A DNA stretch of 64,000 nt from a virus. Taxonomy: Duplodnaviria > Caudoviricetes. The translations under genes were made by a program, and so were the position numbers. The DNA lies in IMG/VR virus record IMGVR_UViG_2828467665_000001, positions 7,880 to 71,879 of that record. One strand, given 5' to 3'. This document shows, piece by piece, positions 37,072 through 47,300 of this stretch. A model generated the notes under the pieces. The model made no database searches. It had not been told where the DNA came from and saw nothing but the letters and a program-made list of their open reading frames with translations. Within the stretch, counting starts at the first letter, position 1. Each line of letters starts with the position of its first letter.

Positions 37072-37890
37072 ATGAGTACCGGTACATATAGCACGAGCGC
37101 GCTGGTCTACAACGGCGAAGTCATCAATGCGCGCGACGAGATGCTGTCGCTGACGGATATGTGGAAGGCCGCAGGCGGAGACAAGGCGAAGCAGCCGGCG
37201 AACTGGCTTGCTTCCGCTGAGGCGCAGCGATTTATCCAGTTTCTTGATGATGTCCTCAATCCCAGAAATTCTGGGATTGAACTGGTCAAGGCGGTTAGGG
37301 GTGGTAAGAGCCCCGGAACCTGGGCGCATTGGCAAATCGGCCTTGCCTATGCCAAGTACCTGTCGCCGGAGTTCCATGCCAAGTGCAACGTGATTGTCCG
37401 CGAGCGGATGGAAGGCAAGTCGATCTCTGTGGCATCCCTGCCTCCGGAGGTTCTGGAGATGATCCGCCGCGACGATGGCATCTCCAGAATGCTCGCGCAC
37501 AAGGTGACCGGCATCGAAAGGACTGTCGAGGCGCTCACGAGCGTCATTGCGGCAATCGCGCAGGTCGTCCAGCCGTCAACGCCTGTGCTAATCCGACAGG
37601 GAAGAACTGCGGGGCAGATTCTCAAGTCGGCAGGGTATCCGCCAATGAGAGGGCTGGCGCCGTGGTTCGGCGGCCTTCTCACAAAGGTCGGGTGCCGCGT
37701 CCCGGATAATGCACGCGCTGAAATAGGAACAGCGCGCGCCCGACTGTTCGACCCCGACAAGGCTGAAGCGTACCTCGAAAACGGGGGCCGGGTTGCGGTC
37801 GACGCGAAGATTGCCGAAAGGCGCGGGCAGATGTCGCTGCATCTCGTGCGTGGCGGCCGCACCGACGAGGACCGACCGTCAATCCAGTGA
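37072..37890 (+). CDS. KilA-N domain antirepressor-like protein
   Basis: LSLTDMWKA, GTWAH.QI..AYA.YLSPEF. Confidence 0.88.
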   Translation: MSTGTYSTSALVYNGEVINARDEMLSLTDMWKAAGGDKAKQPANWLASAEAQRFIQFLDDVLNPRNSGIELVKAVRGGKSPGTWAHWQIGLAYAKYLSPEFHAKCNVIVRERMEGKSISVASLPPEVLEMIRRDDGISRMLAHKVTGIERTVEALTSVIAAIAQVVQPSTPVLIRQGRTAGQILKSAGYPPMRGLAPWFGGLLTKVGCRVPDNARAEIGTARARLFDPDKAEAYLENGGRVAVDAKIAERRGQMSLHLVRGGRTDEDRPSIQ

Positions 37891-37970
37891 CCCCTGAAAC
37901 AATCGGGCCGGTGCAGCGCCACCAACACCGCATCGGCCCTCACCGAAAACGATCAACGAAGGTGATCGAA

Positions 37971-38267
37971 ATGGCTAACACTCACCATACCACAAGCAGC
38001 TTCATCGATACAGACGGGCTCATCCCCGAGCCGGAGCTTGACACCATCGACAAGGTGATCAGCGAGACGTTCGATCTGTACTTCCTGCTGGAAGTGATCA
38101 GCGATGAGATGACCGAGCTGGATTTCAGCCGCCCTGACGGGAGCCGGAACATCAGGCTGGATCGCATCTCGGCGTTGATTGAGGTCGCTCGGCGGCAGAC
38201 GCGCACCCTGCACAATGACATGGCAGGGAAGGTGACAGCCTCGGCAAGCCGGAGGGCGGCAGCATGA
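37971..38267 (+). CDS. Hypothetical protein
   Basis: In operon after the KilA-N gene; start uncertain. Confidence 0.55.
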   Translation: MANTHHTTSSFIDTDGLIPEPELDTIDKVISETFDLYFLLEVISDEMTELDFSRPDGSRNIRLDRISALIEVARRQTRTLHNDMAGKVTASASRRAAA

Positions 38268-38479
38268 CTGGCTTCGATATCGAAACGGAACTGATCGACC
38301 TTCATGGGCTTGCTGCGACCGTAGCCGCAGCGGTGGCTGGCATTCGCACAGACGACCCCCGGATCGCGCTCGGCATCGTACGGACGGCTGAGAGTTTGGC
38401 GGACCGCCTATGGGAACTTCATGGCCGTCTGACAAAGGCGGAGATCGACGCCATCAATGAGACGGCACAGGCTGCTTGA
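38264..38479 (+). CDS. Hypothetical protein
   Basis: ATGA coupling. Confidence 0.6.
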   Translation: MTGFDIETELIDLHGLAATVAAAVAGIRTDDPRIALGIVRTAESLADRLWELHGRLTKAEIDAINETAQAA

Positions 38480-38536
38480 CAGCTGCGGGGCGGGTGCATG
38501 GTGCGCCCGCCCTTTTAATTAGAAAGGACACATGAA

Positions 38537-38779
38537 ATGAACAATGAGCAGAAGCTTGAAATCCTTCGCCGTGTGAGCGAGGGCGTGGACGATCTGGTGA
38601 TCGAGGTGCGCCGTGTGGATGGCACTGCGTTCGGTGACCGGGAATGGTTCGCCGCGGCGATCCGGCACTTCGAGGAGGCGCTGATAGCGTTCGATCGTGC
38701 GCTGCTCGGGCGCAGCGAGCGGCTACCGCCTGCGAAGCCCTACCATCCGTATACGCACGTTCTGCGAAAATCAGCGTGA
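38537..38779 (+). CDS. Hypothetical protein
   Basis: RBS AAGGA. Confidence 0.6.
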   Translation: MNNEQKLEILRRVSEGVDDLVIEVRRVDGTAFGDREWFAAAIRHFEEALIAFDRALLGRSERLPPAKPYHPYTHVLRKSA

Positions 38780-38826
38780 AATGTACCGGCCGGCAGGCTA
38801 GTCGTCCGCCGGCCGCTTCCGTCCCG

Positions 38827-39039
38827 TCAGCCTTCGCCGAGATACACCCGGCGAAGGGCCTTGCCGACCTCGCGGTCGATGCTCACAACTGCCGGCTGCG
38901 GCGTGCTAGTGTTGTCGAGAGCGTCAGCAATTGTTCTGACGATCTCGACGGCCTTTTCGCTGCTCGCGTAGGTGTCGCGTGCCACGCGAACTGCGTGCAG
39001 TCCATCAATGGCCCTTTGAAGTGCTCTTTCTTCGCTCAT
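38827..39039 (-). CDS. Hypothetical protein
   Basis: 70-aa ORF with a G-rich RBS. Confidence 0.5.
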   Translation of the reverse strand: MSEERALQRAIDGLHAVRVARDTYASSEKAVEIVRTIADALDNTSTPQPAVVSIDREVGKALRRVYLGEG

Positions 39040-39219
39040 GTCCCAACCCCTTTTCAGTTAAAGGCAGGACGATGAGACGATGTCACTGATCGTGAGTCGA
39101 TTCAGCTCATAGTGCAATTTACAGTTGCATAGAAAATGGTCAGTATCATCAGATGTGAGGTGGGTGCGTTCCCCCTTCGTACTTGACACCCACCGCCCGT
39201 TACAGGTAAATAGGTAGGC

Positions 39220-40623
39220 TCAACTTTTTGCGTCTAGGTTCCCCTGCAGTCGCGCAATCGTCTTCGGCCCCAGCCCCTTGATGACTTTGAAGCGCTCCAG
39301 CGGTGCGGCTCTGACCTCATCGGCGGACGTGAACCCGGCACCGAACAGACGGTCTGCAATCGCCGGACCACATCCGTCAAGAGTCTGAAGCTCATCAATA
39401 ACGAAGTAGCGGGCTATGTCGCCGCCGAAGTGCCTGACGACGTCTGGTGAGGCGGCGTTCAGTTGCCGAAGGCATGCCAGGACTTCAGCACGGGGCGAAT
39501 CGCTTTCGATGATGCGGCGGTACGATATCAGGAACGGGAGAAAATCGCCGCCATCTCCTGGGATTGGGCCGATATCGCTCGCAATCGTTGATGGCGGCAA
39601 TTCATCGATGTCGATCCCGAGTTCTCTCCACGGCTTGAGCCGAGTGACCCATATAGCATGCTGCATCGGGGCGATCTCGCGCGGGTAGTCGTGCCCGTCG
39701 TGAATCTCCCCGAAACGAAGAAGCCATTTAAGCGGCGTTCTTGTGCTCATGGTTACGTGGAGCCGCCAACCGCTAATGAGGTCGCTGTTTTGCTCGGCCA
39801 TAACCTGCATAACTGACGCGCGCTCTATCTCATTTTCAAGGATCGACCTCGGAGGTTTCGGCGGCGGGAGGGTGTCTGGAAGATACTTGCGATCGTCCGC
39901 ATGTGGCGGTGCAGGTGCCTTTTGGACTGGGGTAGAAGCAAGGCGCTCATCAAGTGAGTCTATCCGCTCCTTGGCGCGCATGAACAGGTCATCCTGCCTG
40001 TCGTCTGGCGTGTTGTCATCAATCAGCGCCGCAACGGCGGTTTCATATGCAGTCCTCGCTTGAGCAAGCTCCCCGGCTTCCTCAAGCGCAACTGCCTTCT
40101 CGAATAGGGTCTCAAACCGGATGCTGTTCCGCTCATAGGTCAAGATCGCGCCGGCCATCTCAAGATGCGTTACGTCCTGCACCTCATTCATTAGGCGGTC
40201 GAGGGCCTTGAGCGCATCGTCGTACCCGGCCAATTTCTCGCGCAGCGTGGTCGCGGTTCGCGCTCGGTCTCGCGCCGTATCGGCCTGTTCGGCGATGAAC
40301 TCTTGGATAACCTTCCGTCTCATGCCGGTGGCGTGTGCAATCAACTCATCGGGCGGAAGTGACCCTCCAGATGTCCATGCAATAGTTGGTATGCCCTTCT
40401 CGTAGTACGGCCGGAGCCGTTCGGCGTTCGTTTCCGTTACCCATATGCGGGAAAGGCGGGTTGATGCACTCTTGCTATTATGGATCAGGCCCATCGATTC
40501 GGTGATAATCCTGCCAATATTCTCGATAATGGGGACATGGATGTCATGACACGGTTCGCACAAGCCGTTGGTATCCAACTCAACATGCGGTCCAGTCCGC
40601 CCGCACCATTTGCATGTTGCCAT
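39220..40623 (-). CDS. Moron protein: N-terminal Zn finger, helical/TPR-like middle, C-terminal helix-hairpin-helix
   Basis: CKWC..CEPC; LDGCGPAIA..L..AGF, IKGLGPKT. Confidence 0.8.
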   Translation of the reverse strand: MATCKWCGRTGPHVELDTNGLCEPCHDIHVPIIENIGRIITESMGLIHNSKSASTRLSRIWVTETNAERLRPYYEKGIPTIAWTSGGSLPPDELIAHATGMRRKVIQEFIAEQADTARDRARTATTLREKLAGYDDALKALDRLMNEVQDVTHLEMAGAILTYERNSIRFETLFEKAVALEEAGELAQARTAYETAVAALIDDNTPDDRQDDLFMRAKERIDSLDERLASTPVQKAPAPPHADDRKYLPDTLPPPKPPRSILENEIERASVMQVMAEQNSDLISGWRLHVTMSTRTPLKWLLRFGEIHDGHDYPREIAPMQHAIWVTRLKPWRELGIDIDELPPSTIASDIGPIPGDGGDFLPFLISYRRIIESDSPRAEVLACLRQLNAASPDVVRHFGGDIARYFVIDELQTLDGCGPAIADRLFGAGFTSADEVRAAPLERFKVIKGLGPKTIARLQGNLDAKS

Positions 40624-40753
40624 GTCAGCCCCCTGGTTCACGCCCGCCCGTCACCAAAAGAGAACCACAGGCGTGACGGGCGGTCGACTCCGCATTTCGT
40701 AGCTTAGTTATGGGGATGGATCGACCCTGTACCAGCCGCAGCCGTTGAGTGGT

Positions 40754-41263
40754 TTAGTGCAACTCGATGCAGTCGTTAAGAACCGAAGAGACTTCATCAA
40801 TGTTCTTAGACACGGAAAACTCTGCCTCAGCAGCATCAAAACGAGAATGGACCCTTATATACAAGGTGTCTGATCGTAACGCCTCAGAGACAAAATCCTT
40901 GATGTCATCTCTGTATTTTAGTTTAGCGTAGTAAATATTTCCATTCAACGGTTCGTAATCGACTGATTTTGACGGATTTTTATCGAATCTGTATTCAATT
41001 TTCTTATCAGAGTCGAAGGCGATTCTATCTCCGAAGTATATAAGGATTCCGTACGTTTGTTGAGAACATGTGACCGCAATTCCGGCGGATGACTTGCGGC
41101 CTGATCCGATGATTTTCCCGTAACTCGTTGTAAGAGCTGCGGAGATTGTTTCTATATCGGTTAGCCTGTCCTTGTTCTGAATGAAGGTCCACCCTTCAGG
41201 GTCTGCGGCTGTCGCTGGGGTGAAGAACAGTACCGAGATACACGCCGCTATTAAATTTTTCAT
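40754..41263 (-). CDS. Exported moron protein
   Basis: Signal peptide, low GC, YRFD motif. Confidence 0.75.
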   Translation of the reverse strand: MKNLIAACISVLFFTPATAADPEGWTFIQNKDRLTDIETISAALTTSYGKIIGSGRKSSAGIAVTCSQQTYGILIYFGDRIAFDSDKKIEYRFDKNPSKSVDYEPLNGNIYYAKLKYRDDIKDFVSEALRSDTLYIRVHSRFDAAEAEFSVSKNIDEVSSVLNDCIELH

Positions 41264-41326
41264 GAGCCGATCCCCGCCTACCTGAGTTTAGCGCCCACTG
41301 GGCGCATTTTCATTGGAGCCCCTACC

Positions 41327-44300
41327 ATGGCAACCACGCACAGCGTCAACCTTGAGGTTAACACTGCTGGCGTCAAAAAGGCGTCCGTCGATCTCGCTGA
41401 CATTGAAAAATCCATCAACGAAGCCGGGAAGGCAATCGATACGTTTGGCGATAAGTCGAACGATGCGGGGAAGTCCGTCGAAAAAACCGGCGAGAAGACA
41501 CGCAAGGTTATCACCAATTTCGAGCGAGTGGAAAAGGCCATCCGCGACGCCGAGAAAGCCATGCAGCAGATGGCGCGTGCGACATCCCATATGGGGTCAT
41601 CCATAGACCGGATGGAAGCTGAGCTACGACAGGCGACGGCGGCGATGAGAGCTTCTGCGGAGGCGACGCGGGCTATGCAGGCAAGCATCGCCCAGATGGG
41701 GTCGTCGTTTGATCGCGCTGTAGCGGGGATGCGGAGCGCGGGGAGTGAGGCAAGAGCTGGCGCGTCGAGCGTCAGCCTGCTGTCCACGGCATACAGCCAT
41801 CTAGCGGGGCTGATCGCCGGCTTGGGTGTCTACCAGCTAGGCCGCACGTTTATCGAGATGGCCGATACCTCGAAGATGCTGGAAGGGCGCTTGAAGTTGG
41901 TCACGTCAAGTTCCGACGAGCTCGTCGCCGTTCAGGGGCGGCTTTATGCGGTTGCGCAAGGTTCGGGCTCGGCACTTGAAAGCACGGTGGAGCTTTACGC
42001 GCGTCTCGCTCGCTCAACGAGAAGCCTTGGCGTCGAAAGTGACACGCTTCTGACGGTCACAAACACGCTGCAACAGGCGTTTGCAGTCTCCGGGGCGAGC
42101 ACGCAGGAAGCGACGAATGCGATCATTCAGATGTCGCAGGGCCTCGCCGCAGGCGCGCTCCGGGGCGAGGAATTCAATAGCGTCGCTGAGCAGGGTTCGC
42201 GTATCACGGAGCTGCTAGCGGATAGCCTCGGCATGACAATTGGAGAGCTGCGCGCGTTCGCGGCGGAGGGGGGCATTACGACGCAGGTCATCATCGATGC
42301 CACCGTGAAGGGCGCGCAGAAGATCGCCGAAGAATACGCCAAGCTGCCGCCGACCGTCGAGCGCGAAATGACGTTGATGCGCAATGCTGTGCTTCAGGGC
42401 ATTGGCGATATCGACAAGGAACTTGCGATCACCGAAACGATTGCCCGCCATATGAAGGAGATGCGGCAGGCCATTGAGGCGGCGGATATCGGCGCAATCA
42501 TCGATAAATGGGTGCCATCGTTTGGGGCTGTCGCGGCGGCAGTCACCCTTGTTTCCGGCGCTATGGCCAGTCGTCTCGTCCCGAGCCTTGCCCTGACGGC
42601 CGGGCAGATGGCGGCACCCATTGCCTTGGCGTGGCAGATCAGTGCGTCAGCTACAGCAGCAGCAGCGGCAACGAGTATTCTTTCCGGGGCTCTCAGCGCG
42701 CTCAATGCTGTCATGCGAGCCTTTGGTGGGCCTATAGGTCTAGTGATTAGCGGCGTCGCTGCCGGAATTGCATATTGGGCAACAAGCACCGATGACGCGA
42801 CGGCGTCGCTGCGGGTGTACGAGAGCGTCCTTAATAGCATCATCAAAAAATATCGAGAGTCCGCTGGTGACGTAGAGAAGTTCGCCAAGGCGCTTGATGA
42901 GATGTCCCGCACGGAGTTGGAGGCATCCCTGCAAAAGGCGCGGAAGGAGTTTGAGAGCATCAAGCAGACGATGGGTGAGATCGCCGGCGGTGGGTTGCTC
43001 ACGACATTCAAGCAGGCGTTTGGCGTCGAGATGAGCGAGGGGGCTCGTCGACTTGCGGATGCCACCGACCGCCTGTTCAAGAGCGGTGATCTTACCGGGT
43101 TCAGGCAAACGCTTGATGCTATCTCTGCCGCAACCCCTGAGGTGGCCCAGCAGGCCGATGAGCTAATGAAGCTGGCCTCGAAATATGAAGATGCTGGGAG
43201 GAATGCCGGGATATTTTCCAATGCGGTTGCTGCGTCGGAAGGAGACATGAACGGGGCCGGCCGTACTGCGGATCTTCTCGCTGGTAAAGTGACCGGAATG
43301 GGCAACGCGGCGGCCGGCGCGACGCCGCAGGTTTATGGCCTGTCCAGCGCCATGAAGGAAATCATCGCCCTCGCACCCCAGATGAATGCGGCGATGCAGG
43401 CGCAGATGAAGCTGGCGACATTGCAGTCCAACTACCAGAAGGAGATGGCTGCGGCCGAAGAAGCATTCCAGCAGAGCAATGACGCGGCTGCGTATGTCGT
43501 CCAACTTGAAAAGCTCAACGCCGCGATGGGTGAGGCAACGGGCAACGTCACTGGTTACACCGCCGCTCAGGAAACCGTGATAGCGCAGAGCGAGAAAATT
43601 GCCCGCGATGCCCTTCCTCGCGAGGAACGCGCACGAGCTGAATTGAACGCTCGATACGATGAAGCGGCAGAGAAAATCAGGAAAACGCTCGAAACCGGCG
43701 CCGAGTACAACAAGGTGCAGGAGCTGATTGCCCAGAACGAGAAGAACCGGTCTGGCGATATGGCGAACCTGAACCGCGATCTTGAAGCTCAGGCGGCGAA
43801 GCACAGCAAGGCCGGAAAGGCTGCGCGCGACCATGCCAAGGCCACGCAGCAGCTCGAAAACGCCGTCGAACAGCTCATCCACCGGAACGACGAGCAGATC
43901 AAGCTGTTGGAGCTGGAGGCCGCCGGATACGGCAAGTCTGCCGAGGAAGTCCTGTACCTGAAGTACGCACACGATGCCGAAACCGCCGCGCTGCGCGCCA
44001 AGGTGCCGTTGACCGAACAGCACCTTGCCCGGCTGCGAGAGCAGGCGCAGCAGGTGTCGGCGCTGACTGCGGCCCTCGACGCGCAGCGGAAGGCTCAGGA
44101 GGCGCTAAACCAGGTCCAAGACCTCGTTTCCGCCACCTGGGTCCGTGCCCTTGAAGACATGACCCTGAACGCCGAAACGCTGACGGACGCGATCAAGGGC
44201 ATCGGCGACGCATGGTCGAAAGCCTCTCTCGACGCTCTCCTGACGGGCAAGGGGCCGTTGGCGCAGTTCACCGGCCTCGCCTCGAACGACCCGAGCAACC

Positions 44301-47300
44301 CGAATGCGGTTGGCGGCATCTTTGGTGTGCTGATGGGCAATACCAATAAGCTGATTAGCAGCATCCCAAAGCAGGTTGAGAAGGGTGCGGAAAAGGGCAC
44401 CGCCAGCGGCGCGGAGACGGGCATTGCGACGTCATTTTCGAGCGGCGGGAGCGCTGGTACGTTCCTTGAACAGAATGGAAAGGCCATTATGGGGGCGATG
44501 GCCGGCGTCACCTCGCTCGTCGGCGCGTATGGCGTAGGCATGTCTGGTGGCTCCATGGGCATGGCGGGCGTTGGCGGGGCGATATCCGGCGCGACAGGCG
44601 GCATGGCGCTTGGTGGCATTAGCCTTGCGGGAGGCGGCACGCTTGGCGCGGCCCTTGGCCTGTCGTCGGCGGCTCTCGGCGGTATTGGCGCTGTCATCGG
44701 CGCCGGCATCTCCGTCTACGCTAACCAGGAGGCCAAGAAACAAGCGAAACAGGCGCGGTACGAAGAAGCCCAAGCGAATTACCAGTCTGCCCTGCCGGCG
44801 ATGAAGGAGCTGTCTGCCGCCCTCGCAGGCGATGTCACGGGCACGCTTCAGCAGGCCGTTGATCAGGCGCGCTCGAAGACGCATGAGCTGTTGGTCATCG
44901 CGACGAACGCTTTCCGCATGGACGAGGTTGACCGGCTCTACAAGGAATTCGATGCCTTCGAGGCCCGGATCGGGAAAGAGTTCCGCGACGTTTTCGAGGG
45001 CACGCTTGACCAGCTCTCTGCTGGTGGCGCTCTGTCCGGGGCGTTCACGTCGGCAAAATCGGAGATGCAGAGCTTCGGGGATGAGTTGCTGACGTGGGTG
45101 GAGGACGTCAAGAAGGCCTTCAACGTGTGGTCAGGCGGCGAGGCGGAGCAGGCCACGCAGGCCGCGCGGGATGCCGCTCTTGCGATGCTGGAGCCGGCGG
45201 AATCCATCTCTGCTGTCCAGCAGGCTATCCAGCAGGTCAACGGGCGTGCCAGCGCGCTACAGGGCATCCTTGAGGACCTGTACATGTCGAGTGGCGACGC
45301 GGCTCGGGCGATTGACGAGGGTGTGCTGCGGGCGATGGATGCGCTCCGCACGAGTTTCAGTGATGACCTGACGAGCAAGCTCTATGACGCGCAGGACAAG
45401 GGATACATGAACGATGTTCGCGACACGCTCGCGGAGGTCGAGCAGATGTATTCCGACGCCGCAGCGCTTGGCATTGATGAAAGCAGCCGGATTGCGGAAT
45501 ACCTCAAGCTGTCCGCGCAGGGTATTGTGGACGGTGCGGAGCTGACCGGCGGTGCCTTCGACGAGATGCTGATGAAATTCCCCGAGCTGTCCGGCGTGGT
45601 GCACCAGTTTGTCGCGACGATGGATGAAGCCATCCAGACGGCGGGGCAGTTCAACGAGTCGATGATTGACAAGGTGCTTGGCGCTCAGGGTAAATCGTAT
45701 ATCGTCGACATGCGGAATCTGCTCACGGAGCGGGATTCGTTGACGCAGACGGCCCAGCAGCTTGGGGCTGATGTTGGTTTGGTCAATCAGTATTTTGGCC
45801 TCGCCGCGCAGAACATCGTCACGAATGCCCAGCTCACCGGCGATGCGTTCAACGACCTTCTGGCATGGTTCCCGCAGCTCTCCGGGCAGCTGACGGCGTT
45901 CTCGGCGGCCGCACAGCAGGTCGGCGATACGTTCTGGGATGTCCAGAACAACGTCATCGACAAAATTCTTGGCGCGCAGGGCAAAAGCTACATCAGCGAT
46001 ATGCGCGCGCTGATCACAGAGCGTGATGAGCTGACGGCTACGGCTCAGAGCGTCGGTGTGGACGTGGGGCTGGTGAACCAGTATTTCAGCCTCGCCGCGC
46101 AGAACATCGTCGACAACGCGGGGCTGACGGGCGATGCGTTTGCGGACCTGATCTCGTGGTTCCCGGACCTGTCGTCCTCGCTCAAGGAGGCCGGCAAAGC
46201 GGTGGAGCAGACGGCGGACCAGATCGCCGCCGCAGCCGAGCGCATCAGGGGCTTTGAAGACAGGTTCTTTGCGGCCACGAACGACAACGGCACGCTCGAC
46301 GGCGCGCTGCGAGAGTTCGACAGGACGGCGGCACGGGGCCGCGCGGCAGAGCTGGCCGCAGGCGGGCAGGGGCTCGTCGCCCTTGAGCGCGCTATCGCGG
46401 CCGAGCGCCTCAACGTGCAGGCACAGTTTGCTGCCGATGCGGTGAGCGCTGCGCAGTCCGCCGTCGACACCGCCCGCCAGAACCTGCAATCTGCGGCGCA
46501 AGCGGCCATCGACGCCGCGCAGGCACAGGTGGATGCGGCACAGACGGCAGCTCAGGCTGCCGCGCAAGCCGTCAGCGATGCGCAGTCCCGCGTCGACGCC
46601 GCCCAGCAGGCACTGGAGCGCGCGCAGGACGCCGTGCGGCAGGGTTATGAGGATCAGGCCAGCACGCTGCGGGATACCGTCAGCAGGCTCCAGTCGTTCA
46701 TCAAGGGCATCAAGGAGTTCAAGGCGTCGCTGGTGCTCGACGACAGCCTGTCGCCCTACAGCCCGGCCCAGCGCCTCGCCGAGGCCCAGCGTCAGTATCA
46801 GGAGATCGCTGCCAAGGCGCTCGCCGGCGATACCGGCGCCATGGATCAGCTGGAGAGCGTATCCCGCAGCTATCTGGAGGAGGCGCGGGGCTACTACGCA
46901 TCGTCGGAGGCTTACTACCAGGCATTTAACGATGTCCAGTCGGTCCTCGACCGGGTATCGGCGTCGGCGCAGGATCAGCTGTCGGAGGCCGAGCGCCAAC
47001 TGGCCGCCCTCGATGCGCAGATCGCAGCGCTCACCCGGATCGACGACACGGTGTTGTCCATTGAGCAGGCGCAGGCCGATCTACTCGCGGCACAGCAGGA
47101 GCTGGTGACGGCCCAGCAGCAGCAGTCGCAGGCCGATTCCGCGCTGTCGGTGGCGCAGGCCAATCTCGACGCCGTGCAGTCGCAGATGGATGCGCTGCTC
47201 GGCATCGACAAATCGGTCATGTCGGTCTATCAGGCAATTCAGGAGCTGACGGCAGCGGAATCGGCCTTGGCTAAGGCCCAGCAGACGCAGGCCGACATCC

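Noticed and set aside
39079-39090. 12-mer GATGTCACTGAT also at ~51942 as a second guide-target pair
   Set aside because: A 12-nt match is expected by chance at this search size
45257-46999. 580-aa antisense ORF within the tape measure gene
   Set aside because: Shadow ORF of GC-rich codon bias; no motifs or RBS
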